From an uncultured Myxococcales bacterium (lineage in GTDB: Bacteria > Myxococcota > B64-G9), in the NCBI GenBank assembly GCA_964640665.1, contig CAZXHT010000021.1, positions 5,821 to 69,820 on the forward strand: 64,000 nucleotides of DNA, in the 5' to 3' direction. Positions 17,290 through 27,460 of this stretch are shown in pieces. The number at the start of each line of letters is the position of its first letter. Position 1 is the first letter of the stretch. A program made the translations under genes and the position numbers. The notes beneath the pieces were generated by a model. It searched no databases and was not told where the DNA came from. It worked only from the letters and a program-made list of their open reading frames with translations.

Positions 17290-20115
17290 CTACTCCACTT
17301 CCAAGCGGCTATCATGCTCGGCGGGTTGTTCAGTCGCCCCGGGCGCTTCCGGGGGTTGCTCGAGCGGTGGTGGCTCGGCCTCTTTGGTTGTCGGGATGGC
17401 CGCTGCGTCAACATCTTCGTCGGGGCCTTTAGCGGCAGCCGCTTGAGGGGTCACGACGATTTCCTTGCCCGTTCCTTTACCGCCGTTTTCGATCTTGGAG
17501 AGCTCTTTGGTAAGAGTAAGGTGGATGTCGGCCAGCGGGCCGTGCCGCTTGCGAAAGTCGATGAAGGATTTGTACTCGGGCCCCTCTCCGTAGAAGCGCT
17601 CGATGAACTCCTTGCGCTCTGCCATCTTGCGCTCGAAGATGGCCCTGAAATCTTCGGGGCCTTCGATTACGTGTGGCGTCAAGAACAGAAGCAGGTTGGT
17701 TTTCGTTTTTTGCTTCTTGCGCGTTCGGAAAAGCCAACCTATCACCGGAATGTCGCCGAGCACCGGAATCTTGGTCTCGCCCACGTCGACCTTTTCGCGG
17801 ATCAGGCCGCCGATAACGACGGTCTGCTCGTTCTGGACCTCGACCACCGTCTTGGCCGAGCGCTTGGTGGTGGTCGGGCCGAGAGGGTTGGAGGTGTCCT
17901 TGACCTCGCTTAGTTCTTCTTCCAGCTCCAGCCTGATCATGTTGCCCTCGTTGATCTGCGGCTTGATCTTCAGTGTCAGGCCGACCTCCTGGCGGTTGAT
18001 GGATCCCATGCCCATGCCGCCCAGCATTCCCCCCAGGCCGCCGAGACCGCCCATGCCTTGGTTGATACCCGAGGTGGCAGAGCTCGTTCCCGCCAGCGAG
18101 GCCAGTCCGGCCAGAGAGCTCATTCCCCCGCCGTAGCCCCCGTAACCGCCGGGCATGGGGATGTTCTCACCGACCTTGATTTCGGCCTCCTCGTTGTCCG
18201 AGGTCAGGATGTGCGGCGTGCTGAGCACGTTGACGTTGGAGTCGGTCTGCAGTGCCTGGAGCATGACGCCGAAGGAAGGCAGCGCGATGCCGGCTAAAAT
18301 GCTGTCCTCGCCCGCCAGCTCGGGGCCGCGGATACCCCCCAAAAATCCAAGCAGGCTGAGGTTGGGCGCCAGCGAGTTGAAGTTGGATCCCTGAGACTTG
18401 AACTGGCTGCCGAAGAACAGCGGCACGGTCTCGCCCGCGATCTGTGCGGCGGCTCCGGTGTGGAAGGTGAGGCCGGTCTCCTTGGAAGTGTCCAGGTTGA
18501 CTTCCATGATGACCGCCTCGACGAATACCTGGCGCCGGGGGATGTCCAACTTCTTGATCACCTTCAGCATGCTCTTGAAATCGTTGGGGTTGGCGACGAT
18601 GACCAGCGAGTTGGTAGCCTTGTCGGAGGTCACTTTGACCTCGCCCTGAAACAGTTCGGCTGCCTTCGGCGCCCCCCCTGTCTTTCCCCTGCTCTTGCCG
18701 CGCTTCGATGTCGTCATGCTGTGCCGGCCGGGAGTTCCCGAGGCCAGCGAAGTCAGCGTGGAGGCCAACTCCTCGGAGTCGGCGTGCTCCAGGTAGATCA
18801 CCTGGATCTGGCCCTCGCCGGGGATGGGAACGTCGATCTGCTTGATCAGGTCTTCGATCTTGGAAAAGGCACGGACCGGCGCCACCAGGATCAGCTTATT
18901 GGTTCGCTCGTCGGCGATGACTTTTGAGAGGGTAACGCCGCTATCGTCCCCGGATTCCGCCCGTCCCGGGGGCACCGTGCTCTTGCTTCGTCCGGGGCGC
19001 ACCGGCTGGATGCGATGGCTCTTGGTACGGCCGCTGGAGGATCCTCCCTTCTGGCCGAAGATTTCCTCCAGGGTCTGGGATAGCTCGGTGGCCTCGGCGT
19101 ATTCCACCTGGATCACGCGGATCTCTTCCTGGCCCAGGGGCGTATCGAGCTGCTTGAGTATCTCCAACAGGCGGTGCATGTTGTTGCCGGTGTCGGAGAT
19201 GATCAGCGTGTTGGTCGGGGCGTAGGGGTAGCTGTCGCCGTCCTTGCTGGTTAGCTGCTTGACCGTGCCGTTGACCGTGTTGGCGTCTACGTACTCGAGC
19301 TGTACGACCCGGGTGACCATCAGGTCGAGAGCCGGGATATCGACCTTCTCGCCGATGAAGGTGGGGATGGTATCCTTGGTGGCGTCCCTCTTCATCTGAA
19401 TTTTAAGGAAGTTACCGACCTTGACGACCGTCATGTTGTTGACGTTGAGCGCGGACAAGAACGCCCTGTAGGCCTCGTCGGCCGTGACCGGCGTGTTGGA
19501 TAAAATTGTGATCTTGCCGCCGCGGATGCTGTCACCGATAATGAAGTTCTTGCAGGTCTGCTTGCTGATCCACTGGACGATTTCGAGCACTTCGGCTTCG
19601 TTGAAGTTCATCATCACCCGCATGCGGGGGGGCAGCGGGCGGCACCTCTTCTCTTTGGTTGATACCTTTGATTTGGCGCCCGCGCTCTTGTCGGAACCTT
19701 CAGCGGAGCCTTTGTCGGCGCCGGTCTGTGTCGATTCGGCGCCGCGCAGGTGGCGGGTCGGGGAGCCGGGCCCGGTAGCGCGAGGCGGCGTTGACAATTT
19801 GCCCGGAGGCGTCGGGCGGCGCAGCTTCCCGGCCGGCTGGATACCCCGGCGCAGTCCCGGCTTGATCGGCTTGATGCGCGATGATGCAGGCGTTGGGCGA
19901 AACGCCGGCGTGCGCTTCAGCTTCTTGAGGCCCTTCATCTTGGTGGTCACAGGGCTCTCTGGCTCGCTTTTCTCCTGCGCGAGCAGCAGCGCCCGGTCAT
20001 TTCCGCGGGCGCCGCCTTCGCCGTCGTTGCCGTGGTCAGCGCGGGCTGGGTTTGGCGCGGCCGTGAGCAGACCAAGAACGGCGATGGTTACAGAAATACG
20101 GTGCACGATGGTCAT
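17290..20115 (-). CDS. gspD: T2SS secretin D
   Basis: Low-complexity leader, N0 (MNFNEAE), N1-N3 repeats, RRQVFVEAVIME, NVLSTPHILT, KIPVLGDIPVIGWLFR. Confidence 0.95.
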   Translation of the reverse strand: MTIVHRISVTIAVLGLLTAAPNPARADHGNDGEGGARGNDRALLLAQEKSEPESPVTTKMKGLKKLKRTPAFRPTPASSRIKPIKPGLRRGIQPAGKLRRPTPPGKLSTPPRATGPGSPTRHLRGAESTQTGADKGSAEGSDKSAGAKSKVSTKEKRCRPLPPRMRVMMNFNEAEVLEIVQWISKQTCKNFIIGDSIRGGKITILSNTPVTADEAYRAFLSALNVNNMTVVKVGNFLKIQMKRDATKDTIPTFIGEKVDIPALDLMVTRVVQLEYVDANTVNGTVKQLTSKDGDSYPYAPTNTLIISDTGNNMHRLLEILKQLDTPLGQEEIRVIQVEYAEATELSQTLEEIFGQKGGSSSGRTKSHRIQPVRPGRSKSTVPPGRAESGDDSGVTLSKVIADERTNKLILVAPVRAFSKIEDLIKQIDVPIPGEGQIQVIYLEHADSEELASTLTSLASGTPGRHSMTTSKRGKSRGKTGGAPKAAELFQGEVKVTSDKATNSLVIVANPNDFKSMLKVIKKLDIPRRQVFVEAVIMEVNLDTSKETGLTFHTGAAAQIAGETVPLFFGSQFKSQGSNFNSLAPNLSLLGFLGGIRGPELAGEDSILAGIALPSFGVMLQALQTDSNVNVLSTPHILTSDNEEAEIKVGENIPMPGGYGGYGGGMSSLAGLASLAGTSSATSGINQGMGGLGGLGGMLGGMGMGSINRQEVGLTLKIKPQINEGNMIRLELEEELSEVKDTSNPLGPTTTKRSAKTVVEVQNEQTVVIGGLIREKVDVGETKIPVLGDIPVIGWLFRTRKKQKTKTNLLLFLTPHVIEGPEDFRAIFERKMAERKEFIERFYGEGPEYKSFIDFRKRHGPLADIHLTLTKELSKIENGGKGTGKEIVVTPQAAAAKGPDEDVDAAAIPTTKEAEPPPLEQPPEAPGATEQPAEHDSRLEVE

Positions 20116-20129
20116 GGCTGGATACCTTT

Positions 20130-21059
20130 CTACTCTATCGTGTAGCTGAGCTTCTTGGACTTGCCGCGACGGGTGACTTCGATGTCGACGGACCTGGCGC
20201 TCTTGAGCTTCTGGTAGATCTCGAGCGCCTTGTCCGGGCTGTTGATCGCATAGCCGTTGATCTTGTGAATAATGTCGCCGTTCTGGATGCCGAGCTTGCT
20301 GTAGACGGAGCCCGGCCTGATGGCGAACAACTTGAAGCCGTTGGCCTCGCCGTTCTTGAAAGACGGGACGATGCGGGCCTGCATGGCGATGTTGTTGAGG
20401 TTCGATAAAGTCTTGTCGATCTCGCTGCGGTCGATGGTCCAGGAGTCCTTACCGCTTTTCTTGATGCCCTTGCCGAGAGCGGATGCCTTACGACTGTGGG
20501 GCCTTGTGGCCTTGTGCCCGGGTCTCTTGGGACCGGCCTTCTCCTGGAGTTCGAGGTACTCGTTCACGCCGTTGCGATTGATGACCACCTTGCGCGAGAG
20601 AATGGCCACCAGCCGGGCCTCGTCCATCAGGTCGTCACGGATGCGATAGACGTCTGTCTCAGACGAGGTCAAGTCGGTGATCATGGCCATGGACCACTTG
20701 GGGTTATCGGGGGCGACCACGGTTCCGACCAGCGCGGCCCTGAGATCGCTGGGCTGGCCTTCGCCGGCCAACAGATCCCTTGCGGCATCTTCCGATAACT
20801 CAGGCCCGGAGTTCTCGGGGACGGGTTCGGCCATGGTCGAGTTGAAGTAGTTACGCTCGATAATGACCTGGTTGTCGTCGGAAATCTTATTTTGGCGGTT
20901 GGCGAGCCGCTTGTTCTTGGAGCCATGTACCGCGAACGACGGCAAAGCACGCAACTTGTGGGCGACGACCACGTTGATGGTTCCGGCCAGCAGCCATGCG
21001 CCCAGGGCTAGAAACAGCAGGTTGACAGTCCAGAAATATTTCTTCATGAATGTTTCCAT
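20130..21059 (-). CDS. gspC: T2SS protein C with PDZ domain
   Basis: N-terminal TM, HR domain (LVGTVV...SMAMI), PDZ (GFKLFAIRPGSVYSKLGIQNGD). Confidence 0.92.
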   Translation of the reverse strand: METFMKKYFWTVNLLFLALGAWLLAGTINVVVAHKLRALPSFAVHGSKNKRLANRQNKISDDNQVIIERNYFNSTMAEPVPENSGPELSEDAARDLLAGEGQPSDLRAALVGTVVAPDNPKWSMAMITDLTSSETDVYRIRDDLMDEARLVAILSRKVVINRNGVNEYLELQEKAGPKRPGHKATRPHSRKASALGKGIKKSGKDSWTIDRSEIDKTLSNLNNIAMQARIVPSFKNGEANGFKLFAIRPGSVYSKLGIQNGDIIHKINGYAINSPDKALEIYQKLKSARSVDIEVTRRGKSKKLSYTIE

Positions 21060-21101
21060 AAGTTTGCCGCCTCATTGCTTTCCTTCTCACTTCATTCACA
21101 G

Positions 21102-21117
21102 AGCAAGCCGCATGCCA
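21102..21117 (-). promoter_or_regulatory. sigma54 (-24/-12) promoter of the gsp operon
   Basis: Minus strand TGGCATG-CGGC-TTGCT, about 43 nt upstream of the gspC ATG. Confidence 0.75.
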
Positions 21118-21153
21118 AACGCCACACCAGCCGGCAATGTGTGCCGGTGTTTG

Positions 21154-21166
21154 CAACAGATTGAAA
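21154..21166 (-). promoter_or_regulatory. Putative IHF site upstream of the gsp sigma54 promoter
   Basis: Minus strand TTTCAATCTGTTG, one mismatch to WATCAANNNNTTR, with an A-rich flank. Confidence 0.4.
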
Positions 21167-21321
21167 TAAATGGATAAAACAAAAAGGGAAATCCGAACCC
21201 CGCGCCTCGCGAGCGGCGCCCGCTGGACAAAATGACAAGTCCTGAGCCATCGCCCGGCGGTATTTGACATATTGTCAGGAATACCCGGGCCGGAAGATTG
21301 AAAAAACTGTTCCGGACTTAG

Positions 21322-21906
21322 TCAGGAGAGGTTTACCTTCTCGGCTTTTCTGACCGCTTTTCTTGCCGATCTGCCGGGGAAAAGCTCTATGGCGCTGTCC
21401 ACGAGGTCGTCCTTTGTTTTTCTGAGGGCGTCGAAATCGCGGACGATTCCATCCATGGTGCAGGTAATGCCTTCGTCGTTCATCCAGGTGCCGGGATAGG
21501 TCATAAGCAGTTGGCGGATACATTGTCGGCGTTCCGGTGTCAGGTAAGACATTACATTTTTCTGCTCCCTCGTCTCCACGCAAACCGAGTTGTCGAACTC
21601 GGCATCGCCGGTGACCAGCGCGCGAAGGTTGTGTTTTCCGGCCTGATGTTGCATGACCATGACGCCCAGACCAAGCCTGGCGGGGAAAGCGATTCTGAAA
21701 ATCGTCCGGCCGGGCCCTCGTTGTTTTTCGCTGGTTTGTGACTCCACTGATAACGAAAATCCCTGGATCTGACCGCGCAACACGCCTCCATCGTCGGTAA
21801 GCCCCAGGCGGCCGGCCGGCTCCGGTTCACTTTTCTTTCTCAGCACCAAGATCACGATGATAGACAAAAGCACCAAGAATCCGACGACTGGAATCAACCA
21901 GGACAT
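21322..21906 (-). CDS. Hypothetical bitopic membrane protein
   Basis: N-terminal TM (WLIPVVGFLVLLSIIVILVL) followed by RKK and a globular domain; ATG 21906. Confidence 0.7.
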   Translation of the reverse strand: MSWLIPVVGFLVLLSIIVILVLRKKSEPEPAGRLGLTDDGGVLRGQIQGFSLSVESQTSEKQRGPGRTIFRIAFPARLGLGVMVMQHQAGKHNLRALVTGDAEFDNSVCVETREQKNVMSYLTPERRQCIRQLLMTYPGTWMNDEGITCTMDGIVRDFDALRKTKDDLVDSAIELFPGRSARKAVRKAEKVNLS

Positions 21907-22015
21907 GCGTCTTCTCCTTGACACGGGCCGGAACAAGGGACGAAACTCTTGTGAACACGAACCCGGATAAGATACTGAACATTCAGGCCATATACATTAT
22001 GAGGGGTGTGAAGCC

Positions 22016-23119
22016 ATGTCAATAAGACTTGGTGACTTGTTGCTGAAAAACAAGTTGATCAACGAGCACCAACTCAAGGAGGGCTTGCATGCTCAGACTA
22101 TTTTCGGCGGTAAGCTCGGTACCAATCTGGTCGAGCTAGGATACGTCAACGAGCATGATCTGGCCAAGCTGCTGAGTGCCCAGCTTGGCATGCCCTGCAT
22201 CGAGGCCGGCGATCTCGACAACATCGACAGGGAGGTTTTGAATCTCGTGCCCGTCAAGCTGGTGCAGAAGCACACGGTTCTCCCGCTCGAGGTCGAGGGA
22301 CGCACGCTGCGCCTGGCCATGTCTGATCCCACCAACTTTCCCAGCGTCGACGAGATCTGCTTTGCGACCGGGCTGACGGTCGATCCGCGAGTGGCTCCCG
22401 AGATACTGCTCGTATACGCTATCGAGAAATATTACGACGTGCCGCGAAATGTTCGTTTCGTTCGCATGGCAGGCCTGAGCCAGAACCTTGCCGAGACAGC
22501 CACTGCATCGGCCTCGGCGGTGCCGAAGCTTGATGGCGCCTCCGCCGAGCTTCTTGCTGCGGAGGAAAAAGAGTTAGGATCTGCGACCTCGAACGAAGAA
22601 ATGGCCGTGGATGGTTTTCCGATCCACCAGGTCGTGACACAGTTGGCGAGAGCGGGACAGGTTTCGGACATACTCGATGTGATTCGAGCCTTTGTATCCG
22701 AAGACTTCAAATACGCGGCCGCGTTTCTGTTCAACGGAGAGATCGCGGTCGGCGGGACGCATGTCGGCGGCAAGCTTGCGATCGACGAGTTTCAGGAGTT
22801 GTCCTTTCCGGTAAACAGCAGCCAGTTGCTTTTCAATGTTTGGAACTCCAAGGAAACTTTCCATGGCCAGCCGAGTATATCGGGCGTGGACCACTGGTAC
22901 TTTTCGGAGCTCGGGTTTCCGGAAGACAGGCCCATCCTCTGCATTCCCGTGATTACCAACGGCAAGGTCAGCTGCATGATACTGGCTTGCGAGAACAAGA
23001 AAGGCGAGCTGCTGGACATGCTGGACATCTACTCTGTGCTGGTCAAGAAACTCAGCTACGCTTTTGAGCTTCTGGTGCTGAAGAACCAGATTCTCGATCT
23101 CTCGGAAATTGACACCTGA
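22016..23119 (+). CDS. Stand-alone MshEN/T2SSE_N domain protein with GAF-like C-terminal domain (no ATPase)
   Basis: RLGDLLLKNKLINEHQLKEGLHAQ...KLGTNLVELGYV tandem MshEN motifs, LPL...LAMSDP; no Walker A; tail LCIPVITNGKVSCMILA. Confidence 0.8.
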   Translation: MSIRLGDLLLKNKLINEHQLKEGLHAQTIFGGKLGTNLVELGYVNEHDLAKLLSAQLGMPCIEAGDLDNIDREVLNLVPVKLVQKHTVLPLEVEGRTLRLAMSDPTNFPSVDEICFATGLTVDPRVAPEILLVYAIEKYYDVPRNVRFVRMAGLSQNLAETATASASAVPKLDGASAELLAAEEKELGSATSNEEMAVDGFPIHQVVTQLARAGQVSDILDVIRAFVSEDFKYAAAFLFNGEIAVGGTHVGGKLAIDEFQELSFPVNSSQLLFNVWNSKETFHGQPSISGVDHWYFSELGFPEDRPILCIPVITNGKVSCMILACENKKGELLDMLDIYSVLVKKLSYAFELLVLKNQILDLSEIDT

Positions 23120-23215
23120 CATCTCGATTAGCTCTGCAAATAACGCATCTTGAATCGCCAACGGGTGTGTGCTAGAAATGAGCGTCTGGCGGCCAGGCCC
23201 AAAAGTGCGGAATCC

Positions 23216-24145
23216 ATGCGTGATGTTATCAAGATAGCGGTGGTCGGAGCGGGGTATTTCGGTTCATACCACTGCCGGAAAATCGCCGGCCTTCCCGGGG
23301 CCAGGCTGGCTGCGGTGGTCGACATCGACGGTCGACGCGCCGCGGAGATTGCCGGCCGCCACGGAGCCGAGTCGTTCGCATCCCACACGGATCTGATCGG
23401 CCGGGTGGATGCGGCCGTCGTGGCCGTGCCGACTTCACGGCACCACGCCGTAGCCGCCGATCTGCTGGCCGGCGGGATCCACCTGCTGGTGGAAAAACCG
23501 CTGGCCACCAGCGAGCGAGACGCGGAAGATCTCTGTCGCCTGGCCGATGCGCGATCGCTCAAGTTGCAGGTCGGCCTGATCGAGCGCTTCAACCCGGCCG
23601 TGGTCGAGGCAGCCAGGGAGATCAAAGCGCCCCGCAAGATATCCATGCAACGCAGCGGACCCTTTCCGGGCCGCGGGGGGGACAGCGACGTCGTCTTCGA
23701 ATTGATGACCCACGATCTGGACATCCTCTTGCAACTCGCCGGGGCGCCCGTCAAGCGCGTCGCGGCCAGCGGTCGTGTCGTCTGCACCTCACATGTCGAT
23801 GAGGCCGAGGCCGAGATCGAGTTCGCAAACGGTTTGATGGCTTCGATATTTACATCCCGCGCGAGCGCCGACAAGGTGCGCCGCTTCACGGTCGAGGATT
23901 CCGTCGGAACGCTCGAGGTCAACCTGGCACAGGGAAGCCTGCTTCGCACGGTATTCCACGACGGCCGGCTGGTTCGCAAGCTGCGCGAGCTTCAACCGGC
24001 GGACGCCCTCCTCGAACAGGACCGCGCTTTTATCGAAGTTCTGCAAAACGGCCAGCGGCCGTTAGTCGGGGGCCGGGCCGGCAAGGCGGTCGTCAGCCTG
24101 GCCGCCCGCGTCCTTCTGAGCATTCAGAGCGGAGACGGTTGTTGA
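23216..24145 (+). CDS. Gfo/Idh/MocA oxidoreductase (GnnA-like)
   Basis: IAVVGAGYFG, VEKPLA, ERFNP, LMTHDLD; TGATG-coupled to lpxB. Confidence 0.85.
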   Translation: MRDVIKIAVVGAGYFGSYHCRKIAGLPGARLAAVVDIDGRRAAEIAGRHGAESFASHTDLIGRVDAAVVAVPTSRHHAVAADLLAGGIHLLVEKPLATSERDAEDLCRLADARSLKLQVGLIERFNPAVVEAAREIKAPRKISMQRSGPFPGRGGDSDVVFELMTHDLDILLQLAGAPVKRVAASGRVVCTSHVDEAEAEIEFANGLMASIFTSRASADKVRRFTVEDSVGTLEVNLAQGSLLRTVFHDGRLVRKLRELQPADALLEQDRAFIEVLQNGQRPLVGGRAGKAVVSLAARVLLSIQSGDGC

Positions 24146-25266
24146 TGGCCGGGGCGGCTGTTTCGATCTTGATGGTGGCGGGGGAAGCATCGGCGGACTC
24201 TCACGGGGCCAAGGTGATCGCACGCCTGACCGAGCGCCTGCCGGGGGCGAGCTGTTTCGGCCTTGGCGGCGAGCGCATGCAGGCCGCAGGCTTACGTCCT
24301 GTGGCGGATCCGTCGGTCTTGAACGTGGTCGGCATCAGCGAGGCGCTTTGCGGGCTTTGGAAGATAAGGCGGGTGTTCAAGAGGGTAATGAAAGAAGTCG
24401 AGCAACGCGCCCCGCTGGTAGCCTTGCTAATGGACCTTCCGGATTTCAACCTGCGACTTGCCCGCAGGCTGAAGCGCGTCGGCGTGCCCGTGATCTACTA
24501 CATTGCCCCCCAGGCTTGGGCATGGCGACGAGGCCGGGTGCGGCAGATCCGCCGCCGGGTGGAGCGTCTGCTTGTGGTGTTTCCCTTCGAGGAACGTTTT
24601 TTTTCACGCTACGGCATCCCGGTGGAGTTCGTCGGACATCCGCTCGCTGAAGATGCGCAGGCTGATTCCGTCGTCCACCCTGGGCGGGTGGTTCTGCTTC
24701 CGGGTAGCCGGACCCGGGAGATCGAGCGCCTGCTGCCCGCGCTGCTGGGCGCCGCCGGTATTATCGAAGACCTCGAGCCCGACCTGCAGTTCGTGCTGCC
24801 GCTGGCACCGGGCCTGGATGGCGATTTCGTGCGGCGCGAGATCCGGCGATCGGGATTGGATGTGCGTCTCTCGGAGGCAGGTGCCGCTTGTGAGCTTGCC
24901 GGCGCGCGCCTGGCGCTGGCCGCCTCGGGAACGGTGACCCTGGAGGCCGCCCTGGCTGGTGTTCCGGCCGTGGTGGTCTACCGGGTTTCCCGTCTGACCC
25001 ATGCCATGGTGCGCCCTTTTTTCAGGCTACGGCATGTGTGCATCGTGAACATCCTGGCCGATCGTCGACTTCTCCCGGAACTTCTCCAGGGCCGGGCCCG
25101 GGCCGAGGAAATTGCATCTGCGGCCCTGCCCCTGCTGCAGGACGGGCAGCCTCGGGAAGAGGCCCTGAGTGGTTTAAGAACGGTAAGCGCGATGCTGGGA
25201 ACCTCCCGTTCGTCCGAGAGGGTTGCCGAAATAATCGCCGGCTACGCGCCAGGAGAGGCCAAGTGA
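24145..25266 (+). CDS. lpxB: Lipid-A-disaccharide synthase
   Basis: VAGEASADSHG, DLPDFN, PQAWAWR, FVGHPL, LLPGSR, ASGTVTLE, PELLQ. Confidence 0.95.
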   Translation: MAGAAVSILMVAGEASADSHGAKVIARLTERLPGASCFGLGGERMQAAGLRPVADPSVLNVVGISEALCGLWKIRRVFKRVMKEVEQRAPLVALLMDLPDFNLRLARRLKRVGVPVIYYIAPQAWAWRRGRVRQIRRRVERLLVVFPFEERFFSRYGIPVEFVGHPLAEDAQADSVVHPGRVVLLPGSRTREIERLLPALLGAAGIIEDLEPDLQFVLPLAPGLDGDFVRREIRRSGLDVRLSEAGAACELAGARLALAASGTVTLEAALAGVPAVVVYRVSRLTHAMVRPFFRLRHVCIVNILADRRLLPELLQGRARAEEIASAALPLLQDGQPREEALSGLRTVSAMLGTSRSSERVAEIIAGYAPGEAK

Positions 25267-25997
25267 GTCTTTCGGTCATCAAGCCCGCGACTTGCGATAC
25301 GCTGGTGGTTGTCCCGACCTATTGCGAGAAAGACATGATCGTCGAGGTCGTCTCGGCCATTGCCGCCAGCGTCAACTGCGACGTGCTGGTCGTCGATGAC
25401 GACAGTCCCGATGGAACCGCCTCGCTGGTGCGTGGAACCTTCGCCGACGATGCGCGCGTATCGTTGCTCTGCCGCCGGGGTCTGCCCAGGGGCCTCGGTG
25501 CGGCCTACCGCGACGGTTTTACGCTGGCGCTCGAGGCGGGCTATGCGTACATCGTTCAGATGGACGCCGATTTCTCGCATGATCCGGGACGCCTTCCTGA
25601 CATGCTGGCGCAAGCCCACCAGGCCGACCTTGTCATAGGTTCGCGTTACATGGCCGGCGGAAACACCGCCGGCTTCGGTCGCCTGCGGCGCCTGGTGAGC
25701 AAGGGGGGCTCCTGGTACGCGCGCCGCGTGTTGGGGCTTCCCGTCAGGGATGTGACCGGAGGCTTCAAGTGCTGGCGGGCCGAGGCGCTGGCGGCGGTGG
25801 ATGTCGCCTCGACGACGTCCCGGGGCTTCGCCTTTCAGATCGAGATGAACCAGCGCGCGCACCGGCGCGGTCTGAAGATCGTCGAGCTGCCGATCAGTTT
25901 TTCAGACAGGCGCCGGGGCTCTTCGAAGATGTCGGGAAAGATTTTCATCGAGGGCCTCATTGCCGTCTGGCGCCTGCGGAAAACGAGGCGCAAATGA
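25263..25997 (+). CDS. GT2 polyprenol-phosphate sugar synthase (DPM1/Ppm1-like)
   Basis: VVPTYCE, VDDDSPDGT, QMDADFSH, GSRY, DVTGGFKCWR, GFAFQIEM; GTG start overlapping the lpxB stop. Confidence 0.9.
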   Translation: MSLSVIKPATCDTLVVVPTYCEKDMIVEVVSAIAASVNCDVLVVDDDSPDGTASLVRGTFADDARVSLLCRRGLPRGLGAAYRDGFTLALEAGYAYIVQMDADFSHDPGRLPDMLAQAHQADLVIGSRYMAGGNTAGFGRLRRLVSKGGSWYARRVLGLPVRDVTGGFKCWRAEALAAVDVASTTSRGFAFQIEMNQRAHRRGLKIVELPISFSDRRRGSSKMSGKIFIEGLIAVWRLRKTRRK

Positions 25998-27460
25998 ACA
26001 CGGCCGGGCCAGGCTCTTACGTCGTCCGCTTCTGGATCGTGCTCGGCGCTTTTGCGTTGTTACGCGCCTGGTTCGCGGCCGGCGTCGATTTGAGCCCCGA
26101 TGAGGCCTACTACTACGAATGGTCGACTTCGCTTCAGTGGGGCTATTTCGATCACGGGCCGCTGGTCGCCTGGCTGATTCGTTTGGGTACCCTCGTCGCC
26201 GGACACACGGAGTTGGGTGTCAGGCTGGGTGCGATCTTGTGTTCGTGTCTCACTTGCTGGATGGTTTTCCTGGTTGTACGCGAGTTGCTAAACGACGAGA
26301 GGCATGCTTTCTGGGTAGCGCTTCTGATGTGCGTCTGCCCGATTTTCGCGGTCGGAGCCGTGGTGCATACGCCGGATGCCGCCCTGGCGGCCGCCTGGTC
26401 GCTGGCCGCCTGGTTCGCGCTGCGAGCCTATCGGGACGGCCGGATGTGGCACTGGATTGGCATGGGTGCCAGCGTCGGCCTGGCGGTGTTGGCCAAGCTG
26501 ACAGGTCTGTTTTTCATTGTCGGCCTGGCGCTGTTTTTATTCTCGTGCCAGGCCGGGCGCCAGAGGCTCAAAGGCCCGGGTCCGGCCATGGCGCTGCTTG
26601 TGGCGGCAGTCATGGCGATGCCCATGCTGTTGTGGAACGGAGCGCATCAGGGCGGATCCCTGACCTTTCAGTTGCAGCACGCCACCGGCTGTGTGGCTTT
26701 TCTCCCCGAGGGCTTGTTGTCTTTTCTCGGCGGACAACTCGGAGTATTGAGTCCCTTCCTGTTCGTCTGGGTTACGCTGTTTTTCGTTTTCGCCTGGCGC
26801 AGGGCAACCCGCTTCGGGCGCCCGGAGGCATTCTTGCTCTGGTGTCTAGGCGCGCCTCTGTTTTTTGGATTGCTGCTTTTATCTGTGGTTCACAAGGTCG
26901 AGGCCAACTGGCCGGCGGTGGCGTATATAACGGCCCTGCCGGGGGCGGTCTGGGCGTGGACAGGGGGGCTTTGGTACTTGCGCAGGCAAAGGCTCTGGTA
27001 TGCCATGACCGCTGGCCTGGCACTGCTTATCAGCCTGGCAATTCACCTGCAAACGATCCAACCTTTTCTGCCGATCGATCCCGGGCGCGACCCCACCGCC
27101 AGGTTGCGGGGATGGAGTGAGCTTTCGGCCGAGGCGGCTGGCGAGGCCGTCAAGCTTGGGGCTGGGTTGGCCAGTGAAGGCTATGCTCCCGTCAGTGAGT
27201 TACGATTCTACGCCTGGCAAGAAGTCGTCTATGAACCTTCCGCGACCCGTCTGTCGCAATACGATCTCTGGCCGCAGGACATCAGGCCCGCGAATTTGCT
27301 GTATCTCCAGCCGCTGACAAGCCCCGTGCCCCCACGTGTCTGCGCGGGCGCGCGAGACAGGTGGCTGCTCGACAAGGGCTTGGCGGCGAAATCATGGCGC
27401 GCGGCCCGATACCGCTGGTGGGTCTGCGAGGGTGTGAAATACGCGCGGGGACGACAATGA
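25994..27460 (+). CDS. GT-C glycosyltransferase (ArnT/PMT family)
   Basis: LSPDEAYYYEWS...GYFDHGPL, multiple TMs, TPD, EANWP; ATGA-coupled to the GT2 gene. Confidence 0.88.
   Translation: MNTAGPGSYVVRFWIVLGAFALLRAWFAAGVDLSPDEAYYYEWSTSLQWGYFDHGPLVAWLIRLGTLVAGHTELGVRLGAILCSCLTCWMVFLVVRELLNDERHAFWVALLMCVCPIFAVGAVVHTPDAALAAAWSLAAWFALRAYRDGRMWHWIGMGASVGLAVLAKLTGLFFIVGLALFLFSCQAGRQRLKGPGPAMALLVAAVMAMPMLLWNGAHQGGSLTFQLQHATGCVAFLPEGLLSFLGGQLGVLSPFLFVWVTLFFVFAWRRATRFGRPEAFLLWCLGAPLFFGLLLLSVVHKVEANWPAVAYITALPGAVWAWTGGLWYLRRQRLWYAMTAGLALLISLAIHLQTIQPFLPIDPGRDPTARLRGWSELSAEAAGEAVKLGAGLASEGYAPVSELRFYAWQEVVYEPSATRLSQYDLWPQDIRPANLLYLQPLTSPVPPRVCAGARDRWLLDKGLAAKSWRAARYRWWVCEGVKYARGRQ

Noticed and set aside
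17290-20115. Long Pro/Lys-rich leader and Gly/Met-rich insert in GspD (and the insert in GspI)
   Set aside because: Low-complexity extensions of this kind are usual in myxobacterial-type Gsp proteins.
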